A stretch of DNA of 42,371 nucleotides from Polymyxa betae A26-41 (GCA_003693705.1 RBZT01000513.1:1-42371), one strand, 5' to 3'; shown: positions 28,605 to 41,278, counted from the stretch's first letter. Numbers and translations: made by a program. Notes: generated by a model not told the origin, from the sequence alone.

Positions 28605-29354
28605 TTAGCTTGGCGTGACCGAATCGTCTTGATCTTCGTCCATAGACTCGTCACTGCTATACAGCTCGGATGTCTGTTCTTGTCCACCAAAAGCAGCCTC
28701 CGATGTCGTTCTTTTTCTTTGCCGTGTCGAACTCACTACCGGCTGTTCAGCAATTCCGATCCAAGCATGTGTTTCAGGTTACCTTGAGAATCGGAGCGAT
28801 CCGTCGAAGACGCTCGTTTTAGCTCTCTTCTGGTGTCCAGCGCATCAATAAGTAGACGATATCGTCGTTCGACCTTCAGTGTAGCGAAACATTTCAGAAA
28901 TGATCAGAGTTGGTTTCCATAAACTTGAAATTTACGCTTAGGCTGCCCTTTGCAACATTGGCACGCAATCTCCTCGACAAATCGAACGAATGCGCTTCGT
29001 GATTGAAACCCTCGTAATTCGCCTCGAGCCAAGCGCTGATCTCCGAACGTGACGCTGGCATTGGCAAGTGTCGCAATGCGTCGATGATCATCTCGTCCAG
29101 ATCATCCGCTTAAACCGCACGTTATTGCTGGAAATCTGTGGCTGCTGGCAAGGACTGACTGATCGGAGGCAGTGGTGAATCTCCTGCGAAGAACGTGGTC
29201 GGCGAAGGCGATCTAGGCGGCCCGCGAGTCGTCATCAGCTACGGCTGCAACGCAAAAGCGATGAATTCCGTTTAACGGGCTTACTTGTAAGATCAGTCTG
29301 ACACAACTTCAGGATAAATGAAACATCTTCGATCGAAGAATTCGAATCCACCAT
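28605..29354 (-). CDS. Small protein with a linker-histone H15-like winged-helix domain, multi-exon
   Basis: LDEMIIDALRHLPMPASRSEISAWLEANY...LSRRLRANVAKGSL fits the H15 pattern (MIxxAI..L...SRxxIxxYI..Y...L...V.KG.L). ATG 29354 and stop 28605-28607 inferred by manual splicing; tail has RQRKR followed by an acidic stretch. Confidence 0.55.
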
Positions 29355-29592
29355 GCCAGTATGGAATGGACAGATATCATAATCTCCAATGCCGAGAATT
29401 ATGTTTGAGATAGGTCTGCAGTAAGGTCATTTCAAGTTCGCATCCAGCAGAAACTCTTTAAATATGACTTCTATGCGGCAGTTTTCCGATGAAATGCTGC
29501 AACCAGGAGTACCTTTATTTCAAAATTTCACAGGAACTTTGGCAATTCATGTGGCTTGTAACTTAAAATTGCATATTTATTACATTTAAACA

Positions 29593-32500
29593 TTACTCAT
29601 CACCGATGCGTAGATTCGTTGTACCTATTGAGAGATTCAATTATACCACAACCAGAATTGCACTGAAACCTACCTTTTTGTAACTTGTTCGAGGAACTCG
29701 GTGACCTCTTTTGGTTTCATTGAAACTATAGCAGATGAAACACGTGCCAGGCCCAGATGATGCTCCAGAGTGAACTCTTGCTGTAAAACAATCAGATTTG
29801 TATGTAATCAGACGGGCCCCCAAACAGCCACTAACTCGATGAGCAGCGACCCATTCCAGCAGATCCTGGGATGGCAAATAGTACGCCTTGATGTAGTCGT
29901 CAACGCGCGCCGATCCAGGAACTGGCCACGTTCCAAACACATCACGTAAGCCTCGCTGAAGGACGCTGACATCAAGCGACATGGCCGCTCTTCCTTCGGT
30001 ACTGCAGCGTTTGACGGCGCTGAACGCATCGACAAGAGAATCCATCACGATCCGCATCATATTTGCTGACAGGGCCTGCATGACAGAATCGGAGATATGG
30101 CCTGATTTGTGCATCCTGTTGACTAACATGAGTAGTACGATGGAACCCTCTTCGCGTTATTACGAATCAAGACGGGCCTTGAGGGAACGGAAGACGCCGA
30201 GAATCTTGTCGACATAGGGGTTCGCAGCTTCCTTCAACTCAGCGACGTCCCATTTACAGCTTCCGATCAGCAGCACTAACGGCCTCACTTGGTCGTTCAT
30301 GAGACGCGACGCTGGCCGAAACTTAGACATGAGTATCCGGTAAGAGCGTCAAATACCTAGAAACCAATACTGGGACTCTTCCAGGTTTGACACCAGCGAC
30401 AGCATCCGCGGGCCGGCTTCGCCGACCTCATCAGCGGGCGTGACATAACGCTCCAAAACCGATTTCAAGTAAGTGAAGACAGCGGCGATCCGTTTCAGAG
30501 ATTGCAGAGCGGTATGGCGCACAGCAAGGGCGTAGAGATCGTCTGCCTGATCCAGCACGATCTGCGTTGGTTTCAGAAAGCGAGGGGCGCCGGACGATGT
30601 CGTCCCCGTAATCCGAACACCACCATACGCGAATCGCCGATCGCGCATGGCTCCAAGCGCTGAACTGACGACAGCGCACAGACGTGGATAGCGGCGAGAA
30701 GTGGCCGCAAACGATGCATGACCTTCGACGTATCGTGGATATTCGGCTAGAAACAGCGACATGATGGCTATCATGTACACCTCGAACAAGTCTTGTATGG
30801 CCTTCCAAGCGGCTTGCCTTAAGACCGGCAGCGTACGCATCACCCCGATGTACTTTCCCGCTGATTGCAACGCGAACTATGCAAACATTATACATAGCTA
30901 AAGTTGCGATCGAATTGGAAATACCAGAGCGGATGACGCTGTGATGAATGGAGAGCTCGGCAGCGGCGGTGGCGCCGAGACCGCGATGGAATTGCTGAGC
31001 GGGCTCAGAATGTTGGAGGGCACAACACTGAACGGGTCGGCGCCGTCGGCGAAGGCCGTGAAGAGCAGCGACGCTTGAGGAGCGACAACAGATCGATGAG
31101 ACGTGTCGATGGCCAGCGAGTATTCGCTCTTGAGCTCTTTAATATCGTGATAATCGAAGCCGTCCGGTAGAGGCAGCCTCTGCCACGAATCGCTATCCAA
31201 AGCCAGAACCAGTCGCTCACATGTCTGGTAACATTGTCAGTATTGGCCATATCATTGGAATCCAATCGATTCTTGCACCTGAATGTGGAACGATGAGAAA
31301 TACTGGAGGCACTTTTCGGTGACGACCGGTTGTAAGAGATCGGCTCCGATTCCGCTGAACAGTTCGCCGATCGTCATCAGCGCCGACGAGCGAGAATAAA
31401 TCGACTCAATCTACGAGTCGCGGGTAAGACAATGGCGACCGAGCGATTGACAGGAACCTCCTGCAGATTGTTTTCAAGCGCATTGACGCGCGTTGACCGT
31501 AACAGCTGCAGAAGCCGTTGTTGCACCCGTTCCCAGATCGAAACGCGGCCGTGTTGAATGGCGTTCAGGATTAAAGTTTGGGTCTCCGAGCGCGCAGCGA
31601 CATCCGCGAACTGTCGTCGCCAGATATCAGCGACGAACTGTCGAACAGAAACACCGTACCCACTTTCATTTCGAGGTATTGCCGCGTTTTAAAGGCGAAG
31701 AACAGCGACGTGATCGCAACGTTCAAGGCCGCGGTGTAGCAGCTGGCGAATTCGTTCGCCGTCATTAGCGCGCACAGAGACCCGAACGATTCCGCTCCAG
31801 GCGGATCGTCGATATCACGAGCGCCGGCGCACAGCTCTTTCACGACCTGCAACAAACACATCAACAATGAGGTCGGGTTCGTGAAAATTGCAAACATGAA
31901 AAAAAACGCCATCGAACGATTTCGTTAGCGCGTCCAGAAGGCGATCCGCGAAGCCTCGTTGCGCCTCCAAGGCGACAAACGCATCGACAATGGGGAGCAG
32001 AATCGGCAGCTGACGTTTGGCAACAGCGTCCAGATGCGCCTTGGCCAGAGCCGCTTGCATGTGCGCTTCGAGACGCCCATACCCCTGGCCGATTAGAGAC
32101 CGTTAGCGACTTTCCTACAATAAACAGACAAGAGGTACATTGGCGACATTCGTGTTGAGAGCGGAAGTGGCAGCGATGGTAACGGCATGCAGCCGCAGCC
32201 GAACACAATCGCCCAACACGCGTAGGGCACGATCGTACTGGCCGCCCTCCATGGCATGGTCGATATCGGCATCGGCCCGGGCCAGTGAATGGGCGGCACC
32301 AAGGGCAGCACGAATTTTCTGCTAATCGTCAATGCTTGTAGACGGAATGGCGGCGGCCGTCATCCATACCGCGAGCCGGGCCCGAATTCGATGCAGCCAG
32401 ATCGTGTCAAACGTGTGTCGTACCAGGTTGTTCTGAGCGCCGGCCAGTACGGCTCGAGTGCCGATGGTGAGGCTGACGGCCTCGTTCAGGTCGGTCTCGA

Positions 32501-32925
32501 TATCGTGGATACCCTCCATAATGCTGACTGCGATGAAAAAATCGTCAATTCAGACCGCCGAGAACACAACAAAAGAAACAAGACAAACCGAATTCGTTGT
32601 AATTGGCGAAAATCTGCGAAGATAGCTGCCCTTTGACAACACAAAGCAAGTTGTCGTACGTCTGCAAGCAATTCTCCAGGTCGCGGTCGCTGCAATCTGG
32701 GGCAAGTTGGCCCAGAATAGTCCCGACACTATCGAAATCGGCCAGGTAGAATCGCGTGTCCATATCGGCGATCAGAGTGACCTCAGAATTCGTTCGACCC
32801 CGGGGCGACGCCTCGTTACGAGCGCCACCGCCGCCCTGCGACTCGGACCCGGCGCTGTCGCCGCCGACCAGCGAGTTCAGCGATTTGGTCGAAGCCGTGG
32901 CCCATTTGGCTAGCGCTGACTTCAT
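29593..32925 (-). CDS. VPS50: Syndetin/VPS50 (EARP complex subunit), multi-exon
   Basis: N-terminal Vps54_N-like LSSQIFANYNEF...IHDIETDL; middle DSDSWQRLPL; C-terminal NPYVDKILG, LVDAFSAVKRCSTEGRAAMSLDV, VDDYIKAYYLP matching the VPS50 C-terminal domain. Confidence 0.9.
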
Positions 32926-34091
32926 GGCCCCCCCAGGCTGATCGCCACCCGTCGCCGACCTCGATCGATAACGACAGCAAAACGAGCAATGATGTCGAAT
33001 GAGCGGCGCAGCCTCGTCCCTTGCTTTCTGACTGCTGCAGAGGCCACTTCTCCATCATGTGGGCCATTTCAGATTTTGAACGTTCATCTCTACAAAGGAG
33101 ATAAGCACAAGGGTCGTCAGAGGAGCCGTAGCTGTGAACGATTGTCAATGATATCCTGGCAGCTTATTATGAGACCAGGTAAGTTCTGTCCAGTGTGCCA
33201 TTGTCGGAATGTCAATTGCAAGTTTTGAAATCCATCATTAACTGAGTCAAAAAGGTTTCCGTCTTAAACAGGGCTACGAATTGACAAAAATGGGCGTTTC
33301 TTCAGTCATTACTAGTTAATTTAGGCGATATTTAACCACTGCTATCTACAGCGATATTCAAAGTCTCTCATTTTGAAAAAATTCGTTTTGATTATTGAAG
33401 AACCTGTCAGACTGGTGCCATCGCAACCGCAAGCTGGAATGATAGCAAGCGGTACGGTCATCGTGGAAGCCCAAAGTAAGAACTCTGGGTCCCAGTCTCA
33501 CGCTAAGCGATGGCACCTTTCCGGTCATCGTCCAGGTTGGTAGATCTGTCATATTTGGGTATGATTAGACAGGAGAAATCACTATAGAAGTGATCCTGTA
33601 CAAGTATGATCTTGAAGATTAGATTCGAGACTGCTGGGATCAAATAATGCGGCTTTCCATCTCGAGCATTCTGGGACCTTTCTTTCTGCGCAAAATCCAA
33701 GCTGCGAAGATGAAAATTGAAGACTTCGTCTTAGCTCGATTCTCACGCCAAGTTACTTGGGCTGCTGTCATTGCATGATAGATTCGTTCGAGTGTGACAT
33801 CATCAAAAGATTCTGCATCCAGAAACCTCCCTGCTTCATTTGCTGTTCGACTTGATGGAGCACAGATTAATTTTATGATTTTATACAAAAATTGATTAAT
33901 GGTGTTTAGAAATAAATACAAAGCTGGCTTCAACTGCTCTCATCCAGGACTGCAAAATCAGCTGAAGCGTTTTATTACACTTCTCGTTCAGACAATAGTT
34001 ACACAATAGAGACATGGACAATGATTACGGAATAGGTTAAAAGTAGAGTATTAGCAATCGATTGGTATTTGACTAAACCCGGTTAATTTCG

Positions 34092-37000
34092 TCAACATCG
34101 GAAATGGTTTTGTGCAATTGCAATGAGGCCGTCATAAAAGCGAATCTGACTGGCTTCATAGTACCTCTCTAACGATGCGTCGTCTAAACATGGTAGCAAC
34201 CAGGCATCGTCAAGTCCTCTGCAGCCTGGGCTTAGACAAGGACAAACCAGACGATGGGTTTCACTGAGCTGTTCTGTCACCCGGATCCTGACACAGCCAT
34301 AACATAAGGCTTTTTTCTGAGATTCACAGATGAACGACTCAGCATGGAAAATCGCATTCTGGCAAGAGCAGCATTTCATCGGGCCCAGGCTTCGAGGATT
34401 GCTTAGTTCTTGGTGCTTGCGATGGCCATCCAGAAGGCGTTGCAATTGCGGAGCCATGACTTTGCAAATATCCAGCAGACGTTTCCCGAAATTCTGGACT
34501 TCCTCGGAGGCGAAACTCTCGCACTCGGCAATGGTCTGGTCATTGAACTCCAAAAGAGTTCGGATTCTTGATTTAAACTGGTTTTCCAGCCGATCTGTTA
34601 CGCTCTGTATCAGCTTCTTGTACCTGCAATGTAAACAATTCGATTCGCGGGCGACATCGGAACACTTTCTCTGCAGAATACTGAAACAGGTCGGACAGCG
34701 GGCGTACACGTCCATTTGGCATTTTCGCTTATCGACCGACGATGTCCGGATCCTGTGTCCAGCTGGGCATAGCGCCGGGTGCTTCATAGCGCAGACTTCA
34801 TGCTCGATCTGAACGGGGTCGTGGCAGGTCATTTTGCAATGGTGGCCGCACGGCAGCGTCAAGTTGCAGACGGTCGTACATCCCCCGAACGGCGACAGCT
34901 CGTCGAAATCTTCGGCGTTCTTCATGAAGACGTTGACGTTATGCCTCTGGCAGAAGGCGGGTAGCCCGAACGCGATCTGGACGTAAGATAAGACCTGGAC
35001 CCAGAGCGGGCTGGCTTTCCTCAAGCACGACGAGTTTCCGACTAAAATCAGTCCAGCTTTGGCACGAGAAATCAGAACGTTGACGCGCTGAACTTGCTTC
35101 AAAAAACCGATATTGTTCTCGGGATTGCTTCGAACCAGGGACGCGATGACGACGAGCGCCTCCTCACCCTGGAAGTTATCGACCGTCGCCACCCGAATTC
35201 CGAACGTCGTCATTGGCTCCGACAACGGATCGATGGCTTCATTGGAAAACAGTCCCGAGCACATAGCGTTGTCGTACTCGTTCTCATCGCGGTCGCCCAA
35301 GAACGATTTGATCTTGAACTGCTTCTCGAGGATGACACGAATCTCGTTCAGCTGTCCGAGATACGGGGTCAGTATGACGATGTCCTCGTACGAGTACCCT
35401 TGCTTCAGCATATGCAGGGCGATCTTGACAGTCAGCAGCGCCTCCTCGTTGTTGATTCGGGTCGTGGACGAATCGGCATTCTCTCGAATCCCACCGGTTC
35501 GTTCTCGGGATTCTGGAAACTGATGATCGACAAAAATCACGTTGTGCTTCAGGCCATTGATGTTGGAGTATTGCTTGACTTTCTCAGCGTCGGTTAAATC
35601 CTCATAACATAAACTCCGAACAATTCGCGAGATTTCGGGTCTCATACTATTCGCATATTCAGAATCGAGTTGGCAGAAGAAAGCGATGTGAAAACTCACC
35701 GATGTTGGCATTGTAATGTGACAAGCGGATGTCCAGTGTAAACCAATCGCTCAAACGTCGAACGGTTCAGGTCGTATCCTTTCCCAGCTTCAACGGAGAG
35801 ATCGTGATTATTGACCTTCGGGCGCAGCTGCATATGATCTCCAATCATGACGATTTTCTGCGTATGCTTATTGATCGACGTCAGCAGGTTCGCCTCCAGC
35901 AACTCTCCGGCTTCTTCAATGAGCAAAATATTGCAATTGGCTTTGGCCAGGATGTTTCGGAAAATCGCAGCTCCGGTTGCCGTACAGCCGATAATTCGGG
36001 CCTCTTCGATGACTTTACGACGCGTTTCAGCAAACGATTCGGATTTCCGGCGCGCTTCGGTCAATTGGTTCCGGGCGAAATCGACCTTCGCATTGAGATT
36101 GTATCGTGCAAGTTTGTCGCTGTGACTCCGACCTCCCAGACGAACGACTTGAGTCATGCCCGTATCAATGATGGCTTCGAGAAACTGGTCCAGCTGGTGA
36201 TTGGAGAAACAGATACAAAGCATCTTGTTCGACGGAAACTTGATCAAGCCGGTAGCGACAATGGTGCCGATGAACGTTTTTCCTAAGTATCAGTGTTGAA
36301 GACAAAAAATTCAGAGCGGAGACGGTGTACCTGTCCCTGGAGGGCCCTAAATTCAAAGTAAATAAAGCATCGTGGAAGGCAGAAAGCAAAAGGCTACCTG
36401 AATGAGCGAGACCATCAAATCGTCGCGGAACGGAAGCGAACAGGCCACTCTCTGCACCGAATCCAGCTGGGCGAATCGTTTGGCGAAATCCGGATCGCTT
36501 TGCAGCAACGACGCCAGCGCCGGGGGCCGCTCGTCGTTCGGTGGCGGCGCCATCTCCGGCCGGACCAGGGCATGGAAGACAGGGCAATAGCTGGTGCTCT
36601 GCAGCGATTGCAAGACGGGCTTGTACGAGAAGTAGCCGTGGCAGACCTGGACCAAGGTGAACACGACACCGAACCGAACCGCGTCCTTCAGCTCGCCTTC
36701 GTCGACCCAATTCGCGATCGAGACCGTGATCGTGCACGTGAATCGATTGCCGGAGCTTCGCGGCGCTCCCTTTCGATTCTTGTCCTTGGAATCATAGGCC
36801 GAGTTGTATGTGACTTCTCCAAACAGCGACGGTCGGCGCTCCTGTTTGCATAAGCACACTAAGGCGCCTTTCGGAAACCATTTCGAATCGCTTTCGACCG
36901 ACGATCCCTCGCCGTCTTCCGTTTGCAGACCGAACCAGCGGCCGGTTCCCTCCGGAACAGGAAACTCGACATCCAGCGTCGGGTTGTCGTAATTGTCGTC

Positions 37001-37888
37001 TCGCTTGGTCAGCTTGGCGTTAAAATAAGCCAAACTGCCGGTCGTGTTGGACAGGTTGCTGCGAATCTGGGTGAGCATATCATGCCGGAGAAGGCGGAAT
37101 GAGGAATCCACCAATCGGCCGACCGGATCCTCAGCGAGGAACCCGTCGGAACCATCAGCGAGCGGCAAATAGATGTCGCCGAAGTTTTTGCAGAGGACTT
37201 CGTCGATGGTTGGGACGATCGAAATGTGACGAAAATCGACCTTATCGTTGTCATGGATGCCGCGAGGGCAGACGGCATGCTTGGCAATGCCGCCGTTTAA
37301 CATATGCTCGATTAAGGAAGCGGACGGGTGATGGCGGCTGTTCAATAATTGTAGCAGCTCGTGGATTAGATTGACGAACGTTCGGAAGGAGGTAATAGTT
37401 CGGTCGGTGGTCATACAAGTGTACACGAAGACGACGAGCGAGTCGACGTCCCTGATGGTCTTCTCGCAGACGACAACAATGATGCGGTCGAAAAACTGCT
37501 CCAGGTCGAAGAGCTCCTGGACGATTGCATGCAGCGACTCTGCGATTGATTCGTTGTATCGGGCGGTGATGTTGGTGATGGCTTTCAGGAAGGGGATGTA
37601 GACTTCGTTGACGACGCTATCTTCGCCGGGATGCTGATGGATTCGCAGAAATTCGGAGATACAATCGAGTCCATCAGGCATCGCCAATCGCGGAATGGTT
37701 GCGATCGGATGTTCCACCATCAGCTCATTGAGATGCTTGACGAAGTCGATGCCGCGTTCGAAATCGGTCGCGATCGAGCGTTTGGCATAATATGTGAGCG
37801 TGTGGAAGGCTGCGGCGAATTTGCCAGGCAGAGCTGGACGCCTGTTCCTAGCAGCAAGGATCCTGCCTGAAGAGGAATTGGCAACCAT
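34092..37888 (-). CDS. ZNFX1: ZNFX1-like UPF1-type SF1 RNA helicase with NF-X1 zinc finger(s) and a C-terminal RING-like Cys cluster; 4 exons, 1214 aa by my splicing
   Basis: Exons 37888-36398, 36346-36331, 36282-35700, 35646-34092 (3645 nt, in frame). ZNFX1-type HDNDKVDFRHISIVPT and FRLLRHDM. Helicase motifs LIQGPPGTGKT, SNHQLDQFLE, IEEAGE, IGDHMQLRP, STFERL, QHRMRPEI, TPYLGQL, TVDNFQGEEA, SLVRSN, RVNVLISRAK. NF-X1-like C..TLPCGHHC...CH. Confidence 0.9.
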
Positions 37889-37990
37889 CACAGCGCCTTA
37901 GCTCATTTATAACAACGAAGGCTCTCTCATCAAGATTATAGAGCGAGTCACGCAAATTGTGAAAACTCGAATAATTTTAAAGGGAAAATT

Positions 37991-38680
37991 TTACGACAAA
38001 GTTGGGTTTTCACATCGATGGCGATTGGATTCGACTGTTGCTGATGTGATCAATGCCTGTGGTGCCTGCTTCAGTTGCGCGCTTCCTGGAGCTGTCACTA
38101 TAGCATCCTTTGATGGGAATTGCTGCCCAACCCTCTGGGTCAATTGACGAGATGGTATTTCCAGGTTGACGTTGAGAGCTGCATGCGCAGATACGAACAG
38201 CCAACAGTCGTCTCCTTCGCGAGCATGTTGAGTTCCAAGCAAGCGTTGAAGTGAGTGAGAGACGGGAGTCGTCAAGTGCTTTGTCACTGTATTTTCGTTA
38301 CAGACTTAAGCCCTATTACGCCGTTTCATTACGCCGTTTATCAAAGCTCAATTGTGAAATTGATATCGGAGGGTGATGCTTCCGAAATCATCAACAACCT
38401 TCAGATTGGCAGGAATGTGATGATCTTTTGCCATGTTCTGGAGCTGATGGCGGCTTAGGCCAGACAGCTGCTCGTAGTTGAGGGAATCGGATATACGTTG
38501 AGCGAAGTGCAACCGCCGTGACACCTTCAGGCGAGTCTCTGCTCTCCACTGTTGTTGAAGATCCGGCACCAAAGCTGTAGCGATACTTAACGACGCAATG
38601 GAAATTTCCGAAAGCAATCACTGTGAAGGTCTCTCGGAGGAACCTTCGCGACTGTGAGCAGATGGACACCCTAAGCGAAA
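37991..38680 (-). CDS. Possible small gene or fragment with a SAP/HeH-like motif
   Basis: YEQLSGLSRHQLQNMAKDHHIPANLK (~38400-38480) resembles SAP-like L.R.ELQ.L.K..GI.ANLK motifs. Exon structure unresolved. Confidence 0.3.
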
Positions 38681-39729
38681 AGAATTTGATATGGGCAAGA
38701 ACTGAAACGTCGTCGTATTGGTTTTGATGGAACTCTTGATGTTATAGCCGAGTTGCTAATCGAGAATGAGCCTCTGAAAGAAATGATTACCACACTGAAT
38801 CGGGTGATATGAAGTGTTCTGCTTTGTCATTTCGGCAACAGCCATTAATGATGCTCGATCTTCTCCGATCGCTTATTGTTAGGGTTCGAAAAGATCCAAA
38901 GTAGCAGTGTTTATAATTAACAACGAATCAATTGCAAAAAGTCAGCTGGCCACGCTGGCATTGAATGGGTATTCTTGGGTGAGAGGCCATCACTGTTCTC
39001 GAATAAATGCCTTAGAATTACTTGGAGCTTCAAACTGTTGGATAGAATTTGGGATTAGGGTTTTTTTAAATAGGGTTATAGGGTTTCTGATTCTCTCGCG
39101 ACATTCCGGCTCTGGCTCTGACCAAGCAGGATCCGATCCTCCGAATAAACAGTCTCGATTCCGGTCTCTATCGTTTCTCACGTTTAGATCAGCGATCAAT
39201 CAGGGTGTGGTGCCCTCAAACGCTTTCGGCCTCGGAGAAAACTTTTATAGTCTACAGCTACCAAGTACTCCAACTCTCAAGTCGGACGATTCACCTTGAC
39301 GAGCGCAATATCAGCTCCAACATCGGAACGACCCCGGCCATACAAATAGCAACCGCCGATCAACCGAGCATCGTCTGCAGACGGGATCGGCCTCGGCTTC
39401 CCAATCAGAGCGTCATGCCGATAGCTCGAACAAATCCGTCTACCAAATGCTCTACATTTACGGGAGCGCCTGCAGGGCGTTCAAACCGTTGGCACCGGAT
39501 ATCAAAGTCGAATGGTTGAGTGTGACGGGCATCTGCAAACAGTACCACCTTGTGATTGTCGCCATCGTTCTTCTCTTCTAATCGGCTAGTCGCCACAGCA
39601 TGCAAGGAATCCAATATTTTTTGGCATGAGGCGCCCGTGTCGAGCAAATGTCTCGCTTGCCACAAATATTTTGGATACATTCATATCCTCATCGGCAATT
39701 GTGGACGAACGCAGATATCAGTTGCACCC

Positions 39730-41067
39730 ATGAGTGACAGCGAAGAAATTGACAGCATTCTCGGCGATGATGATGACTCCCAACCTTGGACAGAGGACGA
39801 AAATCAGTGAACAATTCTTCCGATGATGAGGAGCAACTTATGTCGTTAAGTTTTGCCCACCTGGAGGGCGACAGGATCGAGAGCAATTTGAAAAGGATGT
39901 CGATCAAGAGCCATTATCCATTCCCGTCGACCAACAGTTTTTCGCTGTCACAATCAAGACCAAGCTACTACATCACCGTTTGTCCAACACATGCATATAC
40001 GTCTTAACTGCGTTTTGTCCCAACAAGACGGAAGACCTACCTGCCTATAATCTCAACTGAAAGCTAGCGCTATTCATTGGTGATATATCTATTTTGGCCG
40101 TCAAGCCGCCAGAGAGCAAGGTTAAACGAATCATTAGAACGCTAGAGGAAGAGGGCCATTCGGTAGCGATGGCCACCGTTTTGGAAATGCGGCGACGAGA
40201 TGATGCTACCTACCAACGAACCAGTAACCGGTGTCTCAATCACGTGGCAAGCCCATTCCGTTTGAGGACCCGCACAAAGCTCTTTGTGCTTCTGGAGGAA
40301 TCTCGAAGGTGCGATTTAGTTCGATACAACGCGAAACACAAGGTGCACAATTCAAGAATTACTTGGGCGTCGCTTTCAACGAACAGAGCCCCTTCACGAA
40401 CCAGATGTACTGGCGGATTTTGGCGTTACTTGGAACATTCCGCACATGTTTGTGTTTAAGGGGTTCCCAATGTCGTTGGTCAAGAATGATCCAGAGCTGC
40501 AAGGGATTCATGCTTGCATCTAACCTGAAATCACCCATTGGATCAAGGCTTCAAAAAATCCAGACATGATCCTATAAAAGGACTCAAGGGTCTGCAAGTT
40601 CAAGCGAGCGCCCAGGAATCCTTGTTCCATCGACTGCTCGAAATGCAACGTACTGGCGATTACTCTGCAATGTTCGGCCACCGCATATAGAGTATCGTAT
40701 CGAGAAGCGCCACCTTTCCCAGACTGTGAAAACGCTAATAACTCGAGGTCTTTTCACGTGGACTGGACTCAAGGAATATTTAGGTAATTCCAATATGAAA
40801 TCGCTATTTTTGATGTAATGATCGGATCCTATTTCAGGTGATGGCATTCAACGATGCATTATAACCGACAAGTTTGCGAAACTAGTCCCGTTTCTCGCGC
40901 AAAAGGCAAAGTCTGCTCTGTGGGATCTTAAAGGGCATCCATTGGAAGACGACCGCATGAAAATTATAGAAATCTGGAATTTCTTGGGACTCAACAGCTA
41001 CTGGCGCCGAGAACTAGCCATGGCAATACAAGCGGACCTGTCAAGATGGATAGTACTCGCGCCCTAA
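39730..41067 (+). pseudogene. Decayed coding region with multiple frameshifts and stops, faintly RecD2/HELB-like
   Basis: Acidic start MSDSEEIDSILGDDDD then protein-like segments hopping between frames with in-frame stops; one intact-looking GT..AG intron at ~40783-40838. Family assignment is weak. Confidence 0.4.
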
Positions 41068-41162
41068 CGCCGTAATCAAAAGTGCGTGATTCCTTACAAA
41101 GCTGACCCCCCGCGGCCTCCTAGGAGGCTGCGCTGCCTGTCGCGCACTTTTGATTCGGGCGT
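41067..41162. other. Branched stem-loop upstream of Rep (putative origin or terminus)
   Basis: Outer arms 41067-41089 / 41140-41162 (20/23 Watson-Crick pairs; perfect core AATCAAAAGTGCG 41074-41086 / CGCACTTTTGATT 41143-41155) enclosing the near-perfect palindrome CGCGGCCTCCTAGGAGGCTGCG (41111-41132). Confidence 0.85.
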
Positions 41163-41172
41163 ATCAGCCATC

Positions 41173-41278
41173 GCGCCCCATTCAGGGGTTAGCGCCGGTA
41201 TCAGGAGGGCTGCGCTGTGCGTCACGGAGTTGGTGTAGTATGTGTTTGCGCCCTAATCAAGGGAGGGCGCCGGTTTCA
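41173..41278 (+). repeat. Two 31-bp imperfect direct repeats (iteron-like); the second forms a 7-bp hairpin
   Basis: 41173-41203 GCGCCCCATTCAGGGGTTAGCGCCGGTATCA vs 41248-41278 GCGCCCTAATCAAGGGAGGGCGCCGGTTTCA (24/31 identical); GCGCCCT/AGGGCGC stem at 41248-41270. Confidence 0.7.

Noticed and set aside
33358-33933. Minus-strand coding-like fragments between VPS50 and ZNFX1
   Set aside because: Several in-frame stops and no recognisable motif; cannot support a product call.
127-37870. Numerous short antisense or alternate-frame ORFs, and stops as evidence of an alternative genetic code
   Set aside because: They overlap identified genes. Interruptions in conserved genes (14-3-3, ZNFX1) resolve cleanly as GT-AG introns under the standard code.
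38315-38339. ATTACGCCGTTT x2 short duplication
   Set aside because: Isolated 12-bp duplication with no associated structure.
38900-39680. Minus-strand ORF fragments (39405-39680, 38990-39199)
   Set aside because: Possibly a decayed gene, but no family could be recognised.
41051-41059. TAGTACTCG as the CRESS nonanucleotide
   Set aside because: Only a partial match to TAGTATTAC, lacks the terminal AC, and is not in a hairpin loop.
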